From positions 45,256-79,348 of the forward strand of contig MU271221.1 of NCBI GenBank assembly GCA_021432655.1: a stretch of 34,093 nt of DNA. The letters are read 5' to 3'. Shown piece by piece: positions 9,790-19,727 of this stretch (within the stretch, counting starts at the first letter, position 1; each line of letters starts with the position of its first letter). Under the pieces are notes generated by a model. That model saw only the letters and a program-made list of their open reading frames with translations, did no database searches and had not been told where the DNA came from. Source of the stretch: Atractiella rhizophila (Eukaryota). Both the position numbers and the translations under genes were made by a program.

Positions 9790-12700
9790 TTATTGTGCAT
9801 CGATCGCTTTGAGGACTTGGGGGAAGAACGCGGGGATGTATGTGGCGTACGTGTTCCGTACGCGTCACTGAGAAATCAGAAATCAGAAAGCTTTTCTCAG
9901 AGCTTTTGTATTGTAAAATAAGAGACTTGCACGACAAAGGATGGATGGTGTCAATTTGATGAAACCAGTTTGTTTTTGCTTGCATCAGGTTCCAGAAGAG
10001 TGGAGGGTTGTTTTAGCAAGCTAGGGATGGTGCTAGAACAAATGTATAACTCAAAGCGGTGGCGGAAAGCTCAGTTTATGTGGTTTAGGGAAGGAAAGAT
10101 CATTTGCCAGCGAGCGACACACTGAAAAATCCCTGTCTGGTTGTTCAAAATGATAGAACCTGGATGCCCCAATTGTTCTTGATGGTGGAAAGAAGACAGT
10201 CAGCAGTGCAAAGACTATATAGCGACAGACAAACCTGAATTCCCCAATCGTTCATGATGGTGGAAGACGATGGGGAATCCAGTGAAGGAGAACAAGCTTT
10301 ATATGAGTGGATGGCGTGTGGCCAAGAGCGGGAAGAATTAAGAACTAGAACACAGTGGAGAGAAAGACCTGGGAAAGCCCGTAATCCAACACAAGAGGCA
10401 TGTCACAGCATACCGTACATTTGCCGCTGTCACTGGGAGTTTCTCAGGGAGACAAAGCAAGGAATTGCGGTTCAGTCCGCAGGCCACGTAAACCCATCTC
10501 TTCGTCTCTTGGAGCTTCTAAAAGGATAAAGCTGGAGTAACCTGGTGGATAAAACTGAGACGCATGAAGGAATGCAGATCTAATTTCCTCTTCTTCCCAC
10601 TCTCCAAAGAAAAGCTCTATGGCAATCTGCCTCGGAGCATAACCTGTCAAGAAATCCAAGAATCCATGAAAATCTAGGGAACAGAAATAGAGGTTGAGGG
10701 AAGAAAGTTGGGAGAAGTTGAAACGGTTGAAACGTGGTCCAATGGAGCTGAACAAGTCGGGCGTTAAGATGTTGCTGTCTTCATGACCGCCATCAAGGAT
10801 TATTTTCGTCATGTCTAGCAGTGCTACAGGCTGCAAGCTTTTCGAAAACACCATGTCTGTCAGATCAAGGTGTTCGAACCATGAGTGTGGAGGCAAAATG
10901 ACGGCGAGCTCGTCTGTGGGCCGATAGCTTGATGGGAATCCGACAAGGAGGCAACTGTGGATGCGCAAAATGGATAACTTTGGACCAGAGAAGACGGGAT
11001 GGATAAAACGCGGCACGTAGATGTGCTGCAGCGACACCTCAGAAAGATTGACAGGTGTTGGCAGTTGAACATCAGTTTCTTCCATCAAAGCCAAGCTCGC
11101 AGGTAAGACGTTAATATGACGCCAGCCTACTAAATGGATCATGCATAGTTTTTTCCAAGAGCAAGTCGCTTTAAGGAAGTTGTGCAAAGACTCTTGTGAC
11201 CAACCTAGAAGAGTCAATGATTGTATTGAGCTTAGGGTTGCTAGACCCATCAGGCCGTTCCCGTCGTCGAATAAGTTTGAGGGAGAAAGGCAAGAAAGTG
11301 AGACGACAGTGATTGCTTGTTGGAAATCGATGGCTAAATCGATGAGATTCCTAACATTCACCCGTGGAGAGTCCTTGAAATTGCAGTGCAATTCGGTCCA
11401 GAATCTTCTTGTCTTAGGATAAGACACCAGCTTTCGATACTTGATGAAACCCGAAGAGGGCTCGGGATCCAGGATCCGCATGTGATCCCACCAAAGTTTA
11501 CAAACGGTTGAGCAGATTTTATGTGTATCGCGGTCACCCAGTACAAGCTGCTCGAAAATAAGCGATAATATTTCTGCTGGTAGAGCAGCAATCGGCGACT
11601 CTGTACCGGAAGGGACAGTAGTAAGTTGAAGATGTGAAAATTGGACGTCACGACGATTCACAAGGACGCCACTACGTTTCGCACGGACGCCATCACGTTT
11701 CGCAAAGGGAACTGTGGGCAAGGTGACTGTTACTGTTGCTGTGTGCGCTTCTGAGCCGAACGGTAACTCTACAGTGACTGGCTTGACAACTTCATATTGA
11801 TATGTGCCTTCCAATGTCATAGTAGCATAATCATCCAACAGCAAAGAGCAGTCAAAAGGATCAAGATAGATGTGGACCGCGTCCGAAAGATAGCGATGAC
11901 GGTTTGGTAGAAAGCGAATCGGATGTTTTCTCGTAAGACGGCCGGTCCAATCCCAAGGCAAGAAGTGTATAAAGATGTTTCGGACAAGTGGGAGGGCGTC
12001 TACAAATGATTGGGTCCAGCTCAGGCGTAACGTATAAGTATCGTCAGGTGCCCCGTCGCCTTCATATATCAACATGATTGGTGTTCGCATTTGGCTAAGT
12101 GATACAAAGTGCCTGAGCATAAACAGAACATCAGTGCATCAGTCCTTATACCCACGAAAGCATTCAAACTGAGTTGTTACTTGATGAGCGGTCGAATTGA
12201 TGGGGACGAACGTTCAACTGCATGGTTCATTGATTATTGTCATTGTGCCGATATTCAATAGTATTCAATATTCATTAATATTCATTGGTCATCGTTGAAG
12301 CAACTTTGAAGCTGAAGCTAAGCATCGCTCCCGTCAAGATGAGACGGTTTCTCGCAAGATTACGATATTGCGATGAAGATAGCCGCAGTGGATAATATGC
12401 ACTTGTTCAATAAGAGCGGGAGATTTCAAAGCCTACTCAGAAACATCTATCTCGATCCATGAGAACTACTCACCATTTGGTTAGTATACATACAAGCTAT
12501 CTATTCTCACACAGGCAATCCACTAAGTCGCCAAGGTTTGAAGAAGGAAATAACCTATGTCATCCTTCGGTGCCGAGGGGTAGATAGCGAAGTCCTATGC
12601 ATCTGATGATCGCTAGCTTTTACAAATTTCGACTTTTCGCTGTAGCTGAAATGAGTGACATTTGGCATAAATTGCAGCACAATGGGAGCGTTTAATTTCA

Positions 12701-13111
12701 CCGATTTCATCTTCCCTCACAATTGCCGCTGTTAAGATGGATAATACGACTCAAAAATGTACATTGAACCAGCGCCAACTGCCAAATGTCATGGAGAAGC
12801 GTAGATAGTTTTCAACTCCTCGCCGACTTTCCAACGGTTTCTTCTGGTCGACTACTAAGGATTCTGGACATCTAACATCAAGTCTTATTTTACTCAGGTC
12901 AGACTCAAAGGAACACTCATGAGACCCTTGTAGTCTATTCTCCTCAATGGCTCCTCCTGGGACTCTGAGTCCCAATACTCGCTCTCGTTGAATGTCGAAT
13001 GAACAGCTCCACAGCACGATCGACAACTACATCTTCTGCCTTCTTCCTGCTCAACTCCCACACTCAAAAGCGCCAACATCCCTATCCGAGATCACAATCT
13101 CGAACCTCTCT
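9186..13111 (+). repeat. Duplicated block, copy B, in an intact RTC1 - F-box/LRR - XRCC2 context
   Basis: See copy A. Net 207 nt longer than copy A, mostly from extra sequence at about 10150-10390. Confidence 0.97.
10444..12230 (-). CDS. F-box-like plus LRR/RNI-like protein, copy B; exons 12230-12181 and 12112-10444
   Basis: F-box SPIAALPAEILSLIFEQLV...ICSTVCKLWWDHM and LRR-like repeats. A 68-nt intron (12180-12113) joins MNHAVERSSPSIRPLIK in frame. Confidence 0.87.
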
Positions 13112-14049
13112 CGTCCAGGATTAACGCTGGCTCTGAAGCAAGCCTCCAGCTGTTCGCCATCTCCCTCAACCTCAACTTTTGCTCTCCTCGTGATTGGGGA
13201 TGTCACGATCTGTGCAGTGAGGGCCCAGTGTGCCTCCGACATGGGCTGCACCATGTGTTGTGGGGTTGAGGTAGACGAGCCAAGGCGCGAAGGCAGCGTG
13301 GGGACAGCAGGGGAGCGATGGGAGGCCCAGGACGTGACGAGGGTGATCCACCCAGTGCGTGAGCGAACCTCGCGGAGAGCTGAAACAAGATCTGAGTTCA
13401 TCGTTGCGGTGGTTGAGGGAAGGATGTGTAAGGCTGAGAGTCCATCAACGATGAGGAAAGCGATTTCTTTTCCCCGCGCCGCCGCTCTTAAATAGGAAGG
13501 GAGGGAACGAACGGTCGCCGTTAATTGCGGGAGGGAGGCGGGGCGAAAGACGTGAAGATGCTCCAGCGCAACTTGAACCATAGCGTCCATATTCCTCTCA
13601 TCACTCAACTCCAACCCGTCTAGGTTCGCGCCTTTGAGGTAATCACGGAGCCGGCCCTCGAAGTAGAAACGCAACAACTCCGCCAATCTCTTCACTCTGA
13701 ATTTCCCATCGCAATCCAGCGCCACCACTCCCTTTCCTCTTCCCCCAAGCGGAATCTGCACTGTCTCTCCTTTCTCTCCTGTTGCCGCGAGATCCGGGGA
13801 ATGTGGGATGGGTCGAATTCTCGCTTCCCACGATGACGGAACGAGTGTGGTGAGCGCCAAGAAGTAGAGGGTGTGCGTCTTGGCTGTGCAAGGAGCACCA
13901 ACGATCTCGATGATGTCTCCTCTCTGAAGGGAGTGGGAAGAGGGAGAGGAAACGGTCGAACCGGCCCGGTTAGTGAGCAGGATGTCGTCCAATGGTCCAA
14001 ACCAGGTTGGGCCAGGTGGACGGACGTGGTAGAAGAGATCAGAGAGGAA
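13051..14049 (-). CDS. XRCC2: XRCC2-like Rad51 paralog (RecA fold); true start exon lies upstream and is unresolved
   Basis: LQRGDIIEIVGAPCTAKTHTLY (Walker A-like), VVALDCDGKFRVKRL, LEHLHVFRPASLPQL, Walker B FLIVDGLSA. The frame is open back to the acceptor CTGAT..TATCAG at 14050 (FLSDLFYHVRPPGPTWFGPLDD). Confidence 0.8.
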   Translation of the reverse strand, partial: FLSDLFYHVRPPGPTWFGPLDDILLTNRAGSTVSSPSSHSLQRGDIIEIVGAPCTAKTHTLYFLALTTLVPSSWEARIRPIPHSPDLAATGEKGETVQIPLGGRGKGVVALDCDGKFRVKRLAELLRFYFEGRLRDYLKGANLDGLELSDERNMDAMVQVALEHLHVFRPASLPQLTATVRSLPSYLRAAARGKEIAFLIVDGLSALHILPSTTATMNSDLVSALREVRSRTGWITLVTSWASHRSPAVPTLPSRLGSSTSTPQHMVQPMSEAHWALTAQIVTSPITRRAKVEVEGDGEQLEACFRASVNPGRERFEIVISDRDVGAFECGS

Positions 14050-15122
14050 CTGATAATGTCGGTGATCAGTTGCATGTCAAACACTGAGCTGTAGAAATTT
14101 ATGAGAGACTTGAGGATGGTTCACTTTGTGATCGAGGAATGAACGACTGGATTCGTTATAAGACTCCAATAAATCATAGACCTTGCTAAGGTACGTCATA
14201 GAACAAAGGCGAGGTTAATGTTTGACACGGAGGGACAAGTTATTCTGAAGCATCCCTGTGCGAGTTTAATCGTCTATATTGCCGTTGATCTCAAAGCTTC
14301 ACAAGTGTTGTCTTTCTTTGTTTAGTGAACGTCTCTGTTGCATCTCAGAACCCACAGCACTGTAGGTTACTGTAATAAGCATCGAATATGGAGAGGTGCG
14401 CTCAACAGTTCACACTATTTGAATCTGCTTCAATAGCTTCAACGATATCATGTGCAATTGACGGTGTACAAGGCCTGATGGCTCTGCTTCCTCTAGAGTG
14501 TTTGGGTTGACGACAACCAGGCCGAACTCTGCGTTAATACCACGAATAAGAAATGAAACGACCCGCACAACTGCAAGAAAAGAGCGCATTTCGATGAAGA
14601 GCTAAAGGTTGTGTAAGTATGTGGTACGGAGCGCACCAGAACATACATTCATGTCACGTCAACTGAGAGAAAGCGCCTCTCCCCTTCTCCCCTTCAGAAG
14701 GCAAATCAGCAATAGTGAAACGTGAGAATGTGTGAAGCTGAAGAGGCTGCTAGTCATTTATACTCTTTATTCCAGTTATGCACACTGCAAACAACCCCTC
14801 AGGCTGAAAAACATCGTTCCTTTCCATTTACGCTTGAAAAACGTACCAAAGTCCCAGTGATCGTTTTCGTTCCCTCCATCAGGTTCTGTGCCTCTGTTAC
14901 AGTGCTCTCACCCTCCATTCATATAATCGTATTCTCAATTCGTGGTACACCTTTCTTATGTTCCTCTCATAATACGTCCAAACTAGCCGTTTCCTTTTCC
15001 TCGTTGGCGGGAGCACTTCACTCACGTAGTTTCAGGACTAAAATCACGTGCCCAGAAATCACCCTTCTTTTGCGTCTTTTCTCTTTCACGAGTCTCAAAC
15101 TGTTCAACTTGCACGCTCAAGA

Positions 15123-18100
15123 ATGTCAGTGAATCGCCTGCCTCCCACCAACTCCACCCGCGCACGTTCAGGGTCGACCTCCCGTCCGCGGCCCAGCAAC
15201 CTCTCAGCAGCCTCTATTCCACCTCCCGCGGTCCCACCCACGACGAACGGCAGCCTCGCAGATGGCTCCTCCTCCACCGCCGACTTTCTCGCTTCCGACG
15301 AAGCTCTCTTGAAGGCGTATAGGCTCTCTAGTCTCGAACCAGCGAAGTGGGAAGATGTCCAGTTCGGAGGAGCTGATGACATGGCGTCTGGTGGAACAGG
15401 AGCTGGGGGAGAAAACACTCGTGATCCGTTGGGGTTGACTAAGAGTTCCATTCTAGCGTTTGTCTTGGTTTCCATCACAGAGAAGGATACTGACTATCCG
15501 GTATTTGTAGAAACATTCCAAAGGAGACGGATAAGAAGCAGATCTTGAGCAGCAGCAAGAACTTTGACCCAAAGGTCTTCCTCTCTACAGTTCATCCCAA
15601 TGCATCGTTTGCGGATTTGGCTAGAGGGAGGGAGAGATTACGGGAAGTGTGCGTATCTTCTTCGTTCACTCTTAGTTCGCTCGCAAGTGAACTAACTGCT
15701 ACTATGCGTTTGGGGTTCGGATCGGTCACAGGTTAGATTCACGAACGGAAGCCTTGCAGACCCTCGTAGAGAAAGAATGGGACCGTTTCGTCTCCGTGAA
15801 GGGCGCAACACAGAGTATGTCTGCATTCTACCTTCTTCTTCCGTCCTCCTAATGCCTAAATGGACTCACCGTTGTTGTTGAATAGATGTGATCGAAGAAA
15901 TGAACGACCTCTCCTCCGGCCCATTGGCACCCGGACAAGACGCAGGTGTACGAAATATCAGAGAATCTTTATCCAGTTCGTTTAACACTTCCCTACGTCA
16001 TCAGAGAGTTCCATCCAAAGTAACAATGATGCATGCTCTAGATGCAAACGAAAAGGCGTCTTTAGCGTTCCAGCCCATTCTCGATGCACGCTTGAAGGCA
16101 GAGAGGTTGCGAAGCACCTTAGGAGTGTTTGAGCGGAGCAAGTTCTTCTTCAACTTGCCTGGGGTCATACGAGAGGGGGTCGATTCTGTATGTACTCGCA
16201 TCCCCTTTCGACGAGGGTGGGTTATTGCTAGAAACTGACGGAGGACACAGGGACGATACGATACTGCTCTCACCGCGTATAAGAAAGGGAGATACCTCAT
16301 GGAAAGCCGACCGGGGATGTTGATCCCTTTTGGGGCTGGCGGTGTTGGAGGTGGGGGAGCGGAGGGGAGGAAACGAGTATTTGACAAGGTTAGTGATCTT
16401 TCATCCTCTTTAGTCGGTGAAGGGAAACTCAATCGTCGATGTGACTAGGTCTGGAGTCAGGTGGAAGGAATTGTGGGAGATCTGAAGAAGGACCTTGGAG
16501 CGAGGTTAAGGGATCCGCGTTGTCCTATCGAGGAAGTAGAACGGACGATTGAGTGCGTCTTCCCTCGTTAGCTTCTTTCTCTTTCACTAAAATTCAAATT
16601 GTTGTCAGGATCCTCCTTGAGCTCGATCCCAACGATCAACCAGTATGGATATTCTTGGACACTCAGAATGAGTGGATACTCTCGTTGCTGAAGAAGACAG
16701 AGGAGGTGGGGAGGGCGAAGTTCGCTGGTGCGTTTCGTTTCTATCGCTCCAGAGCGTGATGCGTCTGAACTGTGTTGTTACAACATATACAGAGACGATC
16801 GATAAAGATGGAAGGGAGATGGACGAAGCCTTCATCCTTGCAGACCTGCAAGGAGTTCTCGAAGGTAGGGAGGAAGATATGGATCGAATACTTGGTTCGT
16901 TCCATCCCACTTTCTGACACAAAGAAGAGGAGCTGAAGTGTTGGTGGGACACAGAGACGGGGAGGGGCTCAAGTGTTTGGAAAGCTGCTTACGCATTTAC
17001 CAAGGACTTGAGCGACGTAATGCTCCACGCTCTTCCTACTTTTCTGAAAGTAGCGAGAGGTTACACGGAAGGGAAGTATCAAAAAGTCAGTCCCTTTCTT
17101 TGATTTCGATTCCTGAGTATTAAAAGATGTGGTATTATATGACAGAAAAACCTTTCGTCAACGTCAACGCCGAAACGCTCAGCCACACAATGTAAAAGCA
17201 TGACCTACGGCATCATCACTCTCTACGTGACCCTCATTTCCAATTTCTTCTCCTTCTCCTCCTCGTCCTCCACTGCGCCACCAGATAGCCTTGCGCTTCC
17301 GTACATCCCCTCCAACTCAAGCGCTCTGATGACCGCACATTGGACAAACAAAATCCTCCGAGTCCTCTCCCATATCGTTTCAGAAAGCAACGGTGGGGAT
17401 TTAGTCGGTGAACCCACCCAGCTCTTGAAAGAACTCCTGGAGAGTGCGCGGAGTGGATTCCTCGCTGTTATCGCGAGCTCATGGACGCGTGGTACGTCTT
17501 CAAGCCTATTTCTCGACCGTAACCCATCTGACCTGCGCTGGCGTGCGTGGCGTTGTGCCTGGGATAGATTCGGGTCTCCTAACGCGTATGGAAGATTGGG
17601 AGCCAGATGCAGATGAAGGCGGGCGGAGCACGACCAATGTGAAGCTTCTGGTGCGGTTTGAAGAGGAAGAGCTGAGGTTTTGTGGGAGCATCTTTGGGAA
17701 GGTGGAGAAGGAAGGATTTTTGGGTCGAGCGGAAAGGGAGAGGAGGGAGGAAGTGGTTCGTCCTAGATTCCGCTACATCACCATGTTACAAAGGCTTAGC
17801 GAGTGTTAGCCCATACCCCCAGCCCTCGTCGCTAAGAGCCAGAAAGCGTTTCTTGACAGTTGGTACAATATCTTAGAGGGCATTGGACAGTTAGAAGGCA
17901 CCGAAGAAGTCGACTTGGTACTTTGCACTTTCACCTCTCGAGAAAAGCTAATGCGAAGCATGATAGGACAAACGGTTATTGTTAAGCATGTGCAACCTCG
18001 AAGAATTCCAAGAGAAAGTTATACCCAAGCTCGCAGAAAAGTTCCACGAGATCTTCAAACATGAGATCGACCAAGATCTCGACGTACGCCTTTCATTCTT

Positions 18101-18763
18101 CTGTTGATATCTGTGCTGAACATGTTGACACAGATTCTCTTGAACGTCGTAAAGGAGCTAAGCGATAGACTTTTCAACGATTACGTGGAGAGTAAACGCG
18201 CTCGAATAGAAAAGATCATTACAGTTGGTGTATTGGAAGATGGTATCGATTGGCTCAACACGCCGAAACCGACAGGTTTGCCTTTCGCATATTCTCAATT
18301 GCACCAAATCAGGCTGATCGAATATGGCCAAATAGAGGTCCATCCCTTCATCTACTCCTCTCTCCTTTCCTTAGTCCTTATTCATGCTCAAGTCTCTGGT
18401 GTTACCCCCACATTGGTCAATCGCGTCCTTGAGCGTCTCGTATACGAACTGGCCACCATCACGCTCACTTGTTTCTCAAAAGTTGAAGCTTTCGGCATGG
18501 GCGGAATGCTACAAGCGACTCTCGAAATCGAATTCATTCATCAAACCCTACCCATGTTCATGACTCCAAAAGCAGACGAGACGCTCCAAAAGGTTTATGC
18601 TACCATCAGCGCGAAGAAGACGAGACAGAAGGACTCCGGAGCGGAACTGCAGAAAGACCTGGAAGGCCTCAAAAAGGTCTTGAGCGAGAGTAGGAAGAAT
18701 ACGATGCTCCAGTTTTTGGCTTTCAAGAAACCGAAAGGCGATAGGGAGGGGAACAAGGGATAG
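15123..18763 (+). CDS. SEC5: Exocyst complex component Sec5/EXOC2, multi-exon
   Basis: SSKNFDPKVFLSTVHPNASFADLARGRERLR; LVEKEWDRFVSVK; KAERLRSTLGVFERSKFFFNLPG; ALTAYKKGRYL; EAFGMGGMLQATLEIEFIHQTL. The exon junctions checked join in frame through GT-AG introns. Confidence 0.93.
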
Positions 18764-18971
18764 TGCTTCATGCATCTATGAAGGAGGGTTCTCGAGCTGG
18801 CTCGATCATTGAATATGTGGTTGTTGCATGTAACTACAGGAGTATACCCGATGTAATGATGTATTCCAGCACTTCCGCAAACTGTTACCTCGACAGATTG
18901 TCAGTCGCACCTTGGTAGGCTTGAATGAAACGAAGGCCGTGTGAGGGATCGCTTACAAACCAAACACTCGA

Positions 18972-19188
18972 CTACTTCCCGAAAGGGATCTCCGTCCAAC
19001 CCGCAGGACATTTGCAGCTAGAACAGAGCGCTCAGCAACGGAAAAATCTGAAAGCGCATAGCTTACTTGAATTCCTGTTCTACCGTTCCGTTCGTGCAAA
19101 GCACTATGGAAAGGCAAGTTCTCTCTTCCTTGATAGGTGCTGCCATCGCCAGAGCGGCGAAGAGACTAGCAAAAAAGATAAGCCTCAT
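18972..19188 (-). CDS. Small secreted cysteine-containing peptide, 55 aa; exons 19188-19067 and 19017-18972
   Basis: MRLIFFASLFAALAMAAPIKEERTCLSIVLCTNGTVEQEFNCKCPAGWTEIPFGK*. Classical signal peptide ending AMA-AP, propeptide ending EER, four Cys. The 49-nt intron GTAAGC..GCTGAG..TTCTAG restores the frame. Confidence 0.75.
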
Positions 19189-19198
19189 GTTTAGAAGT

Positions 19199-19455
19199 TA
19201 GACCAAGGTTTCTCGATGTGAAGGGGTCGCTTCGAGTCGTTTCGAGCCAGCTCAATGGCAGTCTTTTTATCGGCTCCTGCCACAAACGCATGGCGACAAC
19301 ATCCCCGTCAACCCACACAGTGTCGCTGTGACGGTGTGGCGAAATCTTGAGTCCAAGACTCCAACGAATCCACCGACAGCACAGAAGACTGACTCCCCTC
19401 AGAACGACCCACTTGCGCGCCGAATGGAGGGCGAAAGCAAAATAGTTTTGGCCTA
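19199..19455 (-). ncRNA. Putative structured RNA element (unassigned ncRNA or structured UTR)
   Basis: Nested complementary helices found by eye: UAGGCCAA/UUGGUCUA, GGGUCGUUCUGAG/CUCGAAGCGACCC, CAGUCUU/AAGACUG, UGUCGGU/GCCGAUA, plus three distal hairpins. Wobble positions are G-U on the minus strand and A-C on the plus strand. Confidence 0.45.
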
Positions 19456-19727
19456 TTACGCTGTTAAATAACTGCTACTAGGAAGCAGACCAAATCTGCA
19501 CTCTGGCATATCAAAGTTGCAACTTGAGCATCGCCAATTCTTAGCTGGTACTTCATCGAAATTTCTAATAATCATCAAACAATGCCCGCCGACTGGGGAG
19601 ATTACTTGTAACGATGAATTGGAATGCACATCGATGAATTTCCCAGAATCAAACCCTCGAGCAATTTCTTTGCACCATAACCTAAAGGCGCCTCAGTTTG
19701 GTTCAGGGATGAGAGGAACGAGCACAC

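Noticed and set aside
9118..9921. Long plus-strand Pro/Arg-rich ORFs (also 194-712)
   Set aside because: Antisense shadows of the GC-rich RTC1 5' region; their ends differ between the two copies.
17740..17830. Apparent frameshift in SEC5
   Set aside because: Resolved by using the acceptor at 17809, which gives EEV/PIPPALVAKSQKAFLDSWY in frame.
19398..19410. CGUUCUGAG resembling part of the fungal TPP riboswitch; also considered SRP, RNase P/MRP, snR30 and telomerase RNA for this structure
   Set aside because: The downstream TPP core (AUAC, CUUGAU, UAAU, GCG) is absent, and the diagnostic motifs of the other families were not found by eye.
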